From positions 71,835 through 135,834 of the forward strand of contig JAHEKJ010000231.1 of NCBI GenBank assembly GCA_024638385.1: a stretch of 64,000 nt of DNA. The letters are read 5' to 3'. This document shows, piece after piece, positions 1-9,407 of the stretch. The notes beneath the pieces were generated by a model. It searched no databases, was not told where the DNA came from, and worked only from the letters and a program-made list of their open reading frames with translations. Source of the DNA: Gammaproteobacteria bacterium. GTDB lineage: Bacteria > Pseudomonadota > Gammaproteobacteria > GCA-001735895. Both the position numbers and the translations under genes were made by a program. Each line of letters starts with the position of its first letter. Position 1 is the stretch's first letter.

Positions 1-192
1 CGATTGCGGCACGATCACGCCGATCGGCTCGATCTGGTAGATCGATGCGTCGGTGCTGTAGCGGCCGCGACTGAAGGTGTCGAACAGCACCTCGCCTTCG
101 AGTTCGCGGCGCAGCCGCGCGGCGAGCGCGCGGTCGCCGATGCGCGCGGCCGCGGTGCCGGCGACGGGGGGCGGTTTGACGGCGATATCCAT
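1..192 (-). CDS. FAD-linked oxidase (GlcD / D-lactate dehydrogenase-like), N-terminal 64 codons only; gene runs off the window start
   Basis: Not in the ORF track. Hand translation of the reverse strand from ATG at 192: MDIAVKPPPVAGTAAARIGDRALAARLRRELEGEVLFDTFSRGRYSTDASIYQIEPIGVIVPQ. This is the usual lead-in to an FAD_binding_4 domain. Confidence 0.5.
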   Translation of the reverse strand, partial: MDIAVKPPPVAGTAAARIGDRALAARLRRELEGEVLFDTFSRGRYSTDASIYQIEPIGVIVPQS

Positions 193-243
193 TTGCGGGC
201 GAGTTTCGGTTCCGGATGACCAGGGTCGTATGTACACGCGACA

Positions 244-256
244 GTATCAATGATAC
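244..256. promoter_or_regulatory. Perfect 6-1-6 palindrome gtatca-a-tgatac in the divergent promoter region; candidate operator
   Basis: Read directly: 244..249 gtatca is the reverse complement of 251..256 tgatac. It lies between the divergent FAD-oxidase and aminotransferase genes, in an AT-richer stretch. Confidence 0.35.
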
Positions 257-349
257 AAGGTTATCTCAACTGCCGGCACGGGCCGGACCGATCATTGTCG
301 AAAACAATATTTCACGGCCACGCATTTAAAAATATCAATCGGAGGAAAC

Positions 350-1519
350 ATGACCTATCACCCGGGACGCCACTTCCTGCAGATTCCAGGCCCGACCAAC
401 GTGCCCGATCGCGTGCTGCGGGCAATGGACATGCCGACGATAGACCACCGCGGACCCGGCTTCGCCGGACTGACCCTCGAAATACTGCCGGGACTGAAAA
501 AGGTATTCAAGACCGAAGGCGACGTCGTCATCTACCCCGCTTCCGGCACCGGCGCCTGGGAAGCCGCGCTCGTCAATACGCTGTCGCCGGGCGACCGCGT
601 GCTGATGTTCGAGACCGGGCACTTCGCAACTCTGTGGCATGGCATCGCCAGCGATCTGGGGCTCGAGGTCGAGTTCGTGCCGGGCGACTGGCGTCATGGC
701 GCCGATCCGGCCGAGGTCGAGGCGCGGCTTTCCGCCGACAAGAACCATGCAATCAAGTCGGTCATGGTCGTGCATAACGAAACCTCGACTGGTTGCGCCA
801 GCCGCATCGGGCAGATCCGCGGGGCGATCGACGCGGCCGGCCACCCGGCGCTGTTCATGGTCGACGTGATTTCGTCGCTCGGCTCGATCGACTACCGCCA
901 CGACGAATGGCAGGTCGACGTTACCGTCGCCGGCTCGCAGAAGGGCCTGATGCTGCCGCCAGGGCTCAGCTTCAACGCGATCAGCGCGAAGGCGCTGGCC
1001 GCGAGCGAAGCGTCGAAGCTGCCGAAATCCTTCTGGCGCTGGCAGCCGATGCTCGATAACAACAAGGACGGCTACTTTCCGTATACGCCGGCGACCAACC
1101 TGCTCTACGCGCTGCGCGAGGCCCTGCGCATGCTCGACGAGGAGGGACTCGACAGGGTCTTCGCGCGGCACCGGCGCCACGCCGAGGCGACGCGTCGCGC
1201 GGTGCGCGCGTGGGATCTCGAGATCCTGTGTCAAAACCCGGACGAGTACAGCGATTCGCTGACCGCGATTCTCGTGCCCGACGGCCACGACGCCGACGCG
1301 CTGCGCAAGCTCATCCTCGGGCGCTTCGACATGTCGCTCGGCACCGGCCTCGGCAAGGTCGCGGGCAAGGTCTTCCGCATCGGCCACCTCGGCGATTTCA
1401 ACGACCTGATGCTCGCCGGCACGCTCGCCGGCGTCGAGATGGGGCTGATGCGTTCGGGCATGCCGTTTTGCCCGGGCGGCGTCGATGCCGCGCTGGAGTA
1501 CCTGGCACGGGAGGATTGA
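350..1519 (+). CDS. Class V PLP aminotransferase (serine-glyoxylate / alanine-glyoxylate aminotransferase-like)
   Basis: 389-aa ORF with GGAGG shortly upstream of the ATG. Class V pattern: IPGPTNVPDRVLRAM, HNETSTG, and SQKGLMLPPGLSF with the PLP lysine. Confidence 0.85.
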   Translation: MTYHPGRHFLQIPGPTNVPDRVLRAMDMPTIDHRGPGFAGLTLEILPGLKKVFKTEGDVVIYPASGTGAWEAALVNTLSPGDRVLMFETGHFATLWHGIASDLGLEVEFVPGDWRHGADPAEVEARLSADKNHAIKSVMVVHNETSTGCASRIGQIRGAIDAAGHPALFMVDVISSLGSIDYRHDEWQVDVTVAGSQKGLMLPPGLSFNAISAKALAASEASKLPKSFWRWQPMLDNNKDGYFPYTPATNLLYALREALRMLDEEGLDRVFARHRRHAEATRRAVRAWDLEILCQNPDEYSDSLTAILVPDGHDADALRKLILGRFDMSLGTGLGKVAGKVFRIGHLGDFNDLMLAGTLAGVEMGLMRSGMPFCPGGVDAALEYLARED

Positions 1520-1776
1520 TTCGAGCAATTGCGGTTCGCGCGATTCGATTCTCGATCGAGGTGAAACGGGTTGGTTTGCCGCCATCGTTCCCGCCCGGGG
1601 CGATTCATGTGAAACGTCATCGCCGGCTGATCAGCGGGCGGCGAGCAACGATAGTCTCGATGGCGGTTGACAAAAAATACCCTCGCACCGCGACTCTGTA
1701 GTAGCATCAATTCCCCGGCCTTATTCGAAGCGATAACAAGCGGCCGAAAATCGACATCAATCGAGAGGAGCAAACC

Positions 1777-2757
1777 ATGAAATTCCTGAAAATTCTGATT
1801 CCCGCCGCGGCGCTCGGCGCGTTTCTCGCAAGCCCGGCCTTCGCGGCCCCGCTCGAGCTCAAGTTCGGCCACGTCGGCAAGCCCGGCTCGCTGTTCGAAG
1901 CCTCCGCCAACGAATTCGCCCGGCGCGCCAACGCCAAGCTCGGCGACCGCGCGAAGGTGGTCGTGTTCGGCTCGAGCCAGCTCGGCAAGGACAAGGAGCT
2001 GCTGAAAAAGCTCAAGCTCGGCACCGTCGATTTCGCGCTGCCGTCTTCGGTCATGGCCTCGGTGGCGGACGAATTCGGATTGTTCGACATGCCCTACCTG
2101 GTCAAGGACCGCGAACACATGGCGCGCATCGAGAAAAGAATCGTCTGGCCGACGCTGGCTCCGGTGCTCGAGCCGAAAGGCTACAAGATCCTCGCGATCT
2201 GGGAGAACGGCTTTCGCAACATCACCAACAACAAGCGGCCGATCAACAGGCCCGAGGACCTGCAGGACCTGAAGCTGCGCACGCCGAAATCGGTCTGGCG
2301 GGTCAAGATGTTCAAGGCCTACGGCGCCAACCCGACGCCGCTGTCGTTCTCGGAAGTGTTCGTCGCGCTGCAAACCGGCACCTTCGACGGCCAGGAAAAC
2401 CCGCTGGCGCAGATCGCGAGCGGCAAGTTCCAGGAGGTGCAGAAATACCTGTCGATGACCGGCCACGTGTATACGCCGGCTTACGTGACGGTCAGCACTA
2501 CCCACTGGGCCAAGCTGCCCGAGGACGTGCGCAACATCCTCGAAACCACGGCGATGGAGACCCAGGAGTATGTCTACAAGACCGCGGCCAAGCTCGAGGT
2601 CGATCTGCTCAAGGAGCTCAAGCGTGGCGGCATCCAGGTCAACAATGCCGACAAGGCCGCCTTCATCAAGGCGAGCAAGCCGATCTACGACGAGTTCGCG
2701 AGCTCGGTGCCGGGCGGCAAGGCGCTGATCGACACCGCCCTGGGCCTGGGTAACTAG
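1777..2757 (+). CDS. dctP: TRAP transporter substrate-binding protein (DctP family)
   Basis: 326 aa with signal peptide MKFLKILIPAAALGAFLASPAFA and GAGGAG RBS. DctP-like stretches (WENGFRNITN, QENPLAQI). Followed by DctQ and DctM genes. Confidence 0.85.
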   Translation: MKFLKILIPAAALGAFLASPAFAAPLELKFGHVGKPGSLFEASANEFARRANAKLGDRAKVVVFGSSQLGKDKELLKKLKLGTVDFALPSSVMASVADEFGLFDMPYLVKDREHMARIEKRIVWPTLAPVLEPKGYKILAIWENGFRNITNNKRPINRPEDLQDLKLRTPKSVWRVKMFKAYGANPTPLSFSEVFVALQTGTFDGQENPLAQIASGKFQEVQKYLSMTGHVYTPAYVTVSTTHWAKLPEDVRNILETTAMETQEYVYKTAAKLEVDLLKELKRGGIQVNNADKAAFIKASKPIYDEFASSVPGGKALIDTALGLGN

Positions 2758-2765
2758 CGTCACCG

Positions 2766-2795
2766 GACCCCGCCCCGCGTAAGCGGAGCGGGGTC
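2766..2795 (+). promoter_or_regulatory. Intercistronic stem-loop between dctP and dctQ
   Basis: gaccccgc-c-ccgc-gtaa-gcgg-a-gcggggtc: 12 paired positions with one internal mismatch and a GNRA-type GTAA loop. No following T-run, so more likely an mRNA-stability or attenuation hairpin than a full terminator. Confidence 0.4.
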
Positions 2796-2803
2796 GATTT
2801 ACC

Positions 2804-3328
2804 TTGACTGATCCGATGCAAACGACGGGCGGGTTCGCGACCGCGCGCAGGCTGTTCGAGCGCCTGCTCGAGGTGATCGCCGTGCTGCTGATCATCAGCC
2901 TGGCGGTAGTGGTCGTGCTCGGCGTGGTCTTTCGCTGGTCGGGCGAGGCGTTGTCGTGGTACGACGAGGTCGCGTCGGTGCAGCTCGCATGGCTGACCTA
3001 TTACGGCGCCGCGCTGGCGGCGCTGAAGCGCGCGCATATCGGCGTGCCGGGATTCATCGCCTCCGTGCGGCCGGCGGTGCGCATGCCGCTGGTGCTGATC
3101 GCGGAAATCGTGGTTATCGGTTTCTTCGCGATCCTGGCCTGGTACGGCTACATCGTGCTCGTAATCCTGGAAGGCGACACGCTGATCAGCCTGCCCTTCG
3201 TCAGCACCCAGCTCACGCAGTCGGTCATCCCGATCGGCGCGATCCTGTTCATTCTCGCCGAGCTGTTCAATTTGCCGCAGGTCTGGCGCGAAGCCAGCGG
3301 CCAGGTCGCGGTGCTGCGCCATGATTAA
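2804..3328 (+). CDS. dctQ: TRAP transporter small permease (DctQ family)
   Basis: 174 aa with four hydrophobic helices, located between the DctP and DctM genes. The track start is TTG; the true start is uncertain. Confidence 0.8.
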   Translation: MTDPMQTTGGFATARRLFERLLEVIAVLLIISLAVVVVLGVVFRWSGEALSWYDEVASVQLAWLTYYGAALAALKRAHIGVPGFIASVRPAVRMPLVLIAEIVVIGFFAILAWYGYIVLVILEGDTLISLPFVSTQLTQSVIPIGAILFILAELFNLPQVWREASGQVAVLRHD

Positions 3329-3346
3329 GCCGGGGGTGCGCCGACG

Positions 3347-4627
3347 ATGATCGTGCTGTGCATGTTCCTCGGCCTGCTGGTGCTGGTCATGATCAACGTG
3401 CCGATCGCGGTCGCGCTGGCCGTGGTCGCGAGCGGCGCGATGGTCTACGCGCACGGCATCGACGTGCTGCCGAACGTCGCGCTGGTGATGATGGACGGCG
3501 CGACCAACTTCCCGCTGATCGCGATCCCGTTGTTCATCCTCGCCGGCGCGATCATGAACTCGACCGGTATCTCGCGGCGCCTGATCGCGTTCGCCTCCGC
3601 GCTGTTCGGCTTCGTCCGCGGCGGACTGGCGATGGTCAACATCGGCACTTCGCTGTTCTTTGCCGAAATATCCGGCTCGGCGGTCGCCGACGTCGCCGCG
3701 CTGGGCTCGATCCTGATCCCGGAAATGAAACGCAAGGGCTATCCCGGCGCGTTCGCCGCCGCGGTCACCTCGTCGTCGGCGACGCTCGCGGTGATCATTC
3801 CGCCGTCGATCCCGATGATCCTGTACGCGGTCATGGCGCAAAGCTCGGTGGTGCAGTTGTTCGTCGCCGGCATCGTCCCGGGCGTGCTCGGCGGCATGCT
3901 GATGATGTTCGTCGCCTACCGCTTCGCGGTGCGCTACAACTACCCGGTCGAGGAAGTGTTCAGGATCGGCCGCCTGGTCGAAACCTTCAAGGATGCCGCG
4001 CTCGCGTTCACCCTGCCGATCATCATCCTCGGCGGCATCTTCGGCGGCTTCGTCACCGCCACCGAGGGTGCGGGCCTCGCAGTGGTCGCGGCCATCGTCA
4101 TCGGCATCATCTACCGCGAACTCGACTGGCCGCACCTGAAGCGCGCGATGGTCGACGGCACCGTGCAGACCGCGGTGGTCATGCTGCTGGTCGCAGCCTC
4201 GGTGCTGGTCGGCGAGTACCTGACCGAGGCGCAGGTGCCGCAGCGGCTCGCCAGCGGCATCAGCGACTTCACCCAGAACAAGTACCTCGTGCTGGCGCTG
4301 TTGAACCTGTTTTTCCTCGTCGTCGGCCTGTTCCTGCACTCGGCCGCGGCGATCATCCTGGTGGTGCCGATCGTGATGCCGCTGGTGCACCAGGTCGGCA
4401 TCGACCCGGTGCATTTCGGCATCATCGTCACCTTGAATCTCGGCATCGGCCAGCAGACGCCGCCGGTCGCGAGCGTGCTGGTCACCGCCTGCTCGGTGGC
4501 CAAGGCCGACATCTGGGAGGTCAGCAAGATCAACGTCTACTTCATCGCCGTGCTGTTCACGATGCTGATCCTGGTCACCTACGTGCCGGCGGTCCCGATG
4601 ACGCTGGTCGAATTCTTCTACCGCTGA
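3347..4627 (+). CDS. dctM: TRAP transporter large permease (DctM family)
   Basis: 426-aa polytopic membrane protein with DctM-like stretches (PLIAIPLFILAGAIMNSTGISRRL, FAEISGSAVADVAALGS). Confidence 0.9.
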   Translation: MIVLCMFLGLLVLVMINVPIAVALAVVASGAMVYAHGIDVLPNVALVMMDGATNFPLIAIPLFILAGAIMNSTGISRRLIAFASALFGFVRGGLAMVNIGTSLFFAEISGSAVADVAALGSILIPEMKRKGYPGAFAAAVTSSSATLAVIIPPSIPMILYAVMAQSSVVQLFVAGIVPGVLGGMLMMFVAYRFAVRYNYPVEEVFRIGRLVETFKDAALAFTLPIIILGGIFGGFVTATEGAGLAVVAAIVIGIIYRELDWPHLKRAMVDGTVQTAVVMLLVAASVLVGEYLTEAQVPQRLASGISDFTQNKYLVLALLNLFFLVVGLFLHSAAAIILVVPIVMPLVHQVGIDPVHFGIIVTLNLGIGQQTPPVASVLVTACSVAKADIWEVSKINVYFIAVLFTMLILVTYVPAVPMTLVEFFYR

Positions 4628-4646
4628 AGCCGCGAGGAGCGAATCC

Positions 4647-5429
4647 ATGAGTAGCGACTACATACTGGTCGAGCGCGACGACGATATCGCGACGGTCATC
4701 CTCAATCGCCCGGAAAAACTGAACGCGCTGATCAAGCCGATGTGGCAACGGCTGGGCGAGGTCGTCGCCGAACTGTCGGCCGACGACAGCCTGCGCTGCG
4801 TCGTGCTGCGCGGCGCCGGCGACAAATCGTTCGCGCCCGGCAACGATATCTCGGAATTCGAGGAGTCGCGCTCCAACAGCAAGGACGCGAAAATCTACGG
4901 CCAGATCCACCACGCGGCGCTGGCCGCGCTGGGCGAATGCCGCCACCCGATGGTGGCGCTGATCCAGGGCATTTGCGTCGGCGGCGGGCTCGAGATCGCG
5001 AGCCTCTGCGACCTGCGCATTTGCGGCGAGTCGAGCCGCTTCGGCATCCCGATCAACCGCCTCGGCCTGTGCGTCGGTATCCGCGAAATGAACGCACTCT
5101 ACAGCCTCGTGGGCAAGGCCGCGACGCTCGAAATCCTGCTCGAGGGACGCGTCTTCGGCGCCGACGAGGCGCTGCACAAGGGCCTGGTCACGCGGGTCGT
5201 CGCCGACGGCGAGGTCGAGGCGGAAGCCTATGCCACGGCGCGGCGCATCGCCGACGGCGCACCGCTGGTGGCGCGTTGGCACAAGCAGTTCATGCGCCGC
5301 CAGGTCGACCCGGCACCGCTGAGCGAGGAGGAGAAAGACCTGAGCTACCTGTGCTACGACACCGAGGATTTCGAGATCGGCTACCGGTCTTTCCTCGCCA
5401 AGACCAAACCCGAGTTCAAGGGCCGCTAG
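4647..5429 (+). CDS. Enoyl-CoA hydratase/isomerase (crotonase) family protein
   Basis: 260 aa. Crotonase pattern: ILNRPEKLNAL, GAGDKSFAPGNDI, GICVGGGLEIASLCDLRI. GAGGAG RBS. Confidence 0.85.
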   Translation: MSSDYILVERDDDIATVILNRPEKLNALIKPMWQRLGEVVAELSADDSLRCVVLRGAGDKSFAPGNDISEFEESRSNSKDAKIYGQIHHAALAALGECRHPMVALIQGICVGGGLEIASLCDLRICGESSRFGIPINRLGLCVGIREMNALYSLVGKAATLEILLEGRVFGADEALHKGLVTRVVADGEVEAEAYATARRIADGAPLVARWHKQFMRRQVDPAPLSEEEKDLSYLCYDTEDFEIGYRSFLAKTKPEFKGR

Positions 5430-5430
5430 C

Positions 5431-6648
5431 ATGCCGAACGGTCCGCTCGATGGCCTCAGAGTTATCGAACTCGCCCACATCATGGCCGGGCCGGTCTGCG
5501 GCCAGTTCCTCGCCGATCTCGGCGCCGACGTGATAAAGGTCGAAAAAATCCCGGGCGGCGACGATACCCGGCGAATGCTGCCACCCGACATCGGTGGCGA
5601 GTCGGCCGCGTTCATGGTCATGAACCGCAACAAGCGCGGCACCGCGATCAACCTCAAGAGCGACGCCGGCAAGGCCGTGTTGAGGCGCCTGCTCGACGGC
5701 GCCGACGTCGTCATCGAGAATTTTCGCGTCGGCACCATGGAGCGCCTCGGGCTCGGCTACGAAACCCTGCGCCGGAGCAACCCCGGGCTTATCTACTGCC
5801 AGATCACCGGTTTCGGCGCGACCGGTCCGTACGCCGAGCGCCCTGGCTTCGACCTGATCAGCCAGGGCTTTTCCGGCCTCATGAGCGTCACCGGCGAAGG
5901 CGCAGGACGCCCGCCGATCAAGGCCGGCGTACCGGTCGGCGATATCGGCGCCGGCATGCTCGCCGCGATGGGTATCCTCGCGGCCTATATCCACCGCCTG
6001 CAGGGCGGCGAGGGCCAGCTGGTCGACACCTCGTTGCTGGAGGCGAGCATCGTCAACACCGCGTGGCTTTCGGCAATCTTTCTCGCCACCGGCGTCTCGC
6101 CCGGCGCGATCGGTTCGGCGCATCCGATGGCGGCGCCCTACCAGGCGATGCAGACCGCCGACGGCTGGATCAATATCGGCGCCGCCAACCAGGCCAACTG
6201 GCTGCGCCTGGTGAAGGTCGTCGGGTTACCCGAACTGGCAGACGACGCGCGCTTCGCCGACAACGCGGCGCGCATGCAAAACCTGCCGGCGCTGATCGAA
6301 ATCCTGACGGCGCGACTGCGCGAGCGCGGAACCGAAGACTGGCTGGAGCGCCTGGAAGCGGTTGGCGTGCCGGCCGGCCCGGTTTTGTCGATCGGCGAAA
6401 TGCTGCAACACCCGCAGGTGCGCGCGCGCGACATGGTGGTCGAGGTCGAACACAGCCGCATCGGCCCGGTCGAGATCCTGGGTTCACCGGTCAAGTTTTC
6501 GCGCACGCCGACCAGCATCCGCCGCGGCCCGCCGGCGCTCGGCGAACATACCCGCGAGGTCCTCGCCGAATTCGGCTACGACGACGCCGAGATCGATGCG
6601 CTGGCCGCATCGGGTGACGTGATCCTGGATCGAAACCGCGAGTCGTAA
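5431..6648 (+). CDS. Family III CoA-transferase (CaiB/BaiF)
   Basis: 405 aa. Pattern: LDGLRVIELAHIMAGPVCGQFLADLGADVIKVE and GVPVGDIGAGMLAAMGILAA. Starts 1 nt after the upstream stop. Confidence 0.9.
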   Translation: MPNGPLDGLRVIELAHIMAGPVCGQFLADLGADVIKVEKIPGGDDTRRMLPPDIGGESAAFMVMNRNKRGTAINLKSDAGKAVLRRLLDGADVVIENFRVGTMERLGLGYETLRRSNPGLIYCQITGFGATGPYAERPGFDLISQGFSGLMSVTGEGAGRPPIKAGVPVGDIGAGMLAAMGILAAYIHRLQGGEGQLVDTSLLEASIVNTAWLSAIFLATGVSPGAIGSAHPMAAPYQAMQTADGWINIGAANQANWLRLVKVVGLPELADDARFADNAARMQNLPALIEILTARLRERGTEDWLERLEAVGVPAGPVLSIGEMLQHPQVRARDMVVEVEHSRIGPVEILGSPVKFSRTPTSIRRGPPALGEHTREVLAEFGYDDAEIDALAASGDVILDRNRES

Positions 6649-6653
6649 CGGTT

Positions 6654-7469
6654 ATGAATACGGTCTCGCGGGAACCTCGATTCAATCATCGAACCAATCC
6701 AAAAGAGACAACCGGTGACACGTCCCGGCAAGCGCCGCCGACGCCACGCTCGCCGACTCCGCCGAAAGAATTGGCGGGGAGCTGGAAACTGGCTCGCCAA
6801 CGGCTGCTATATGCGCTGCTGCTCGCGACCGCGCTTGCCGGTCCCGGCTTGCAGGCGACGATGCACCTCGACGAGGATGCGCCGGACTGGACCTGGGACG
6901 ACTTCGATCCCGACACTGACGAGGTCAGCGACGGCGAACTGCGATTCCTCGCCGAGCGGCCCGCCGAAGCCGTGCATCATCATCACAACAACGTAACCCT
7001 CGCCGCGCGCAGCCGGATCGACGGCTGGGTGCGGCTGCGCCAGTGCCATACCCACCTCGACGCCGTCGCGCGCGCGCAAGTCCTGTTCCGCGCCGGCTAT
7101 ATTCGCAATCTCACCGTCACCGAGAGCCGCAACATCGGCCGCGCCTGGGTCGAGGACCACAGTGTGCAACTCACCGATATCGGCAAGGACGCGCGCCTGT
7201 GCATCGACGCCGAGAGCCTCGCCCTCGTCGCCAACGCCGACGGTAGCTACAAACTCAGCAATGGCCCGTTCATGCGCCGCTTCCTCGACGGCTATTACCC
7301 GATGCGCGTGTCGAGCGAAGTCACGCTCGCCGGCAGCGGTCTGCGCTTCGCCGGCATCACGCCGCTACACCAGCCGGGATTCAGCGTCGAGCTGACGAGC
7401 GGCTCGATTCGCTTCGACGCCTGGTTCGAGGGCCGGCTTCACACCGAAATCAGGCTCGTACCCGACTAG
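6654..7469 (+). CDS. Hypothetical exported protein
   Basis: Long ORF in the coding strand run. The first ~40 codons are low-complexity. An in-frame TTG at 6771 would give a clean signal peptide (AGSWKLARQRLLYALLLATALAGPGLQA). No family recognised. Confidence 0.45.
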   Translation: MNTVSREPRFNHRTNPKETTGDTSRQAPPTPRSPTPPKELAGSWKLARQRLLYALLLATALAGPGLQATMHLDEDAPDWTWDDFDPDTDEVSDGELRFLAERPAEAVHHHHNNVTLAARSRIDGWVRLRQCHTHLDAVARAQVLFRAGYIRNLTVTESRNIGRAWVEDHSVQLTDIGKDARLCIDAESLALVANADGSYKLSNGPFMRRFLDGYYPMRVSSEVTLAGSGLRFAGITPLHQPGFSVELTSGSIRFDAWFEGRLHTEIRLVPD

Positions 7470-7658
7470 GCATCGCGAACAACTGCCGGCGCCGCGGGGC
7501 ACCGCGACGCGACTACCGCCGGGTAACCACGCCGCCGTCATTGGCAAGGATTCGCCACCCGTTGTCGAATCGCTGGCGGACCATCGGGGTCGACGATATA
7601 ATCGCGGGGCCGGGCCGGTCCACAAGATCGAATCATCGAGCACCCCCGGTGGAGCAAC

Positions 7659-8825
7659 GTGCAGAAATCCGCGATGCACATTTCCTCCGCCAACGACGCT
7701 GCCATCGCGACCGCGCCGGCCGTGCCCTTCGGCATACTCGCCTACGTCGGCGCCGGCGCCTCGGTGTTCGTCTGCTACGGCAAGGTCACGATCCTCGCCG
7801 CGATCAGCGCGTTCGGCATCCAGGATGTCGGATTCAACCCGCACCTGCAGGCAGCGCTGATGTGGTTGCTGGGACTGGTCGCGATCTACGGGCTCTACTC
7901 GGACCGCCAGCTGCATCGCAAGAACTATCCACTCGTGCTCGGCATCGCCGGCGTCCTGGTCATCATGGTGACGCTCTATACTGTTTACGATTCGGCAATC
8001 GAGGGGTCCGGCTACATCCTGCTGGTCGTGGCTGCGGTGCTGAATCAGAACGCGCGCCTGTTCCAGCTCAAACGGGAAGTCGAGGCGCAGGCCGAGGTCC
8101 TGTCGCGCCAGACCGACGAGCTCAGCCGGCTTAACCGAAATCTCGAGCAGCGAGTCGGCGAACAGGTCGACGAAATCGACAAGCTCGCGCGGCTGAAGCG
8201 CTTCCTCGCGCCCGAGGTCGCGAAAATCGTGCTCGCCGACCGGGGCGACTCGATGCTGCAAAGCCACCGCAGTTACATCGCCGCGCTGTTTTGCGATATT
8301 CGAGGCTTCACGCGCTTTTCCGAAACGATGGAGCCCGAGGAAGTCATGGACGTCTTGCAACGCTTCCACCAGGGAATGGGGCAGCTCGCGGCCGAGTACG
8401 GCGGCACGATCGACCACCGCGCCGGCGACGGGCTGATGATTTTCTTCAACGACCCGCTGCCGTGCGACGAGCCCGAGCTGACGGCGACGCGAACGGCGTT
8501 GGCGATGCGCGCACGGTTCGAAGATCTCAATCACGAATGGAAGAAGCACGGTTACGAACTCGGGCTCGGCATCGGCATTGCGAGCGGCTACGCGACGCTC
8601 GGCCTGGTCGGCGACGAGGACCGCTTCGACTACACCGCTAACGGCAACGTCGTCAATCTCGCGTCGCGCCTGTGCGACGAGGCCGACGACGGTCAAATCC
8701 TGATCAACCACCGGATGCGGGTCGCGCTCGAAGACCGCTGCGAAGTCGACAAGATCGGCGAGCTGGACCTGAAGGGGCTGAGCAAGCCCGCGCCGGTTTA
8801 CGACCTGAAGCGTCTCGCCGAGTAA
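7659..8825 (+). CDS. Membrane-anchored class III adenylate/guanylate cyclase
   Basis: 388 aa. About 130 N-terminal residues with four hydrophobic segments, a coiled-coil linker, then a cyclase homology domain (ALFCDIRGFTRFSE, GDGLMIFFNDP, DYTANGNVVNLASRL). Confidence 0.85.
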   Translation: MQKSAMHISSANDAAIATAPAVPFGILAYVGAGASVFVCYGKVTILAAISAFGIQDVGFNPHLQAALMWLLGLVAIYGLYSDRQLHRKNYPLVLGIAGVLVIMVTLYTVYDSAIEGSGYILLVVAAVLNQNARLFQLKREVEAQAEVLSRQTDELSRLNRNLEQRVGEQVDEIDKLARLKRFLAPEVAKIVLADRGDSMLQSHRSYIAALFCDIRGFTRFSETMEPEEVMDVLQRFHQGMGQLAAEYGGTIDHRAGDGLMIFFNDPLPCDEPELTATRTALAMRARFEDLNHEWKKHGYELGLGIGIASGYATLGLVGDEDRFDYTANGNVVNLASRLCDEADDGQILINHRMRVALEDRCEVDKIGELDLKGLSKPAPVYDLKRLAE

Positions 8826-8897
8826 CCGTCGCGCAGCCAGGCACCCGCATCGAATCCTTTCGCTGTTTCGCCTCCGCGACTCGTGTCCGCGGTTCTC

Positions 8898-9407
8898 TTA
8901 TCGGGCAAGCGCCCGGACTTGAGCGAGCAATTCGGGATCGTCCCACTCGCGGCTGCCGACGGCGCGGAAGACGATGCGTCCCGCTGGATCGACGACGTAG
9001 GTAGTCGGCAGGCCGCGCACGGCCCACTGGCCAATCACGCGCGAATCGCGATCGAGCAGCAGCGGGAAATCGACCGGGTAGTCGGCGGTGAACTGGAAAA
9101 TCGTGTCCTCGTCCTCGCCGACGTTGATGCCGAGCAGCAAAATGCCTTCCGCCTCCAGTTGCTCCCACGCGCGCTGCATCGACGGCATTTCGTCGCGGCA
9201 CGGCGGGCACCAGGTGGCCCAGAAATTGATCACGAGTACCCGCCCGCGATGGGCCGACAGGCGGAAGACGTTGCCGTCGATGTCGGCCAACGCGAAGTCC
9301 GGCGCCGGCGCCGGATCGGGCAACCGCGTCAAGCCCGCGCCGGGTTGCTGGGCGAAGGCGAGCAGCGGCAGCAAACACAAACAGGCGAGCAGGAGCAACC
9401 GGCTCAC
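8898..9407 (-). CDS. TlpA/ResA-like periplasmic thiol:disulfide oxidoreductase
   Basis: C-terminal part of the 403-aa track ORF. GTG at 9407 gives signal peptide SRLLLLACLCLLPLLAFA and a thioredoxin fold with WATWCPPC. The GTGA overlap with the upstream gene's stop supports this start. Confidence 0.8.
   Translation of the reverse strand: MSRLLLLACLCLLPLLAFAQQPGAGLTRLPDPAPAPDFALADIDGNVFRLSAHRGRVLVINFWATWCPPCRDEMPSMQRAWEQLEAEGILLLGINVGEDEDTIFQFTADYPVDFPLLLDRDSRVIGQWAVRGLPTTYVVDPAGRIVFRAVGSREWDDPELLAQVRALAR

Noticed and set aside
2666-4648. 660-aa minus-strand ORF
   Set aside because: It is antisense to the well-supported DctQ/DctM genes. The translation is extreme low-complexity (D/R/H/Q runs) with no family resemblance, a typical high-GC antisense open frame.
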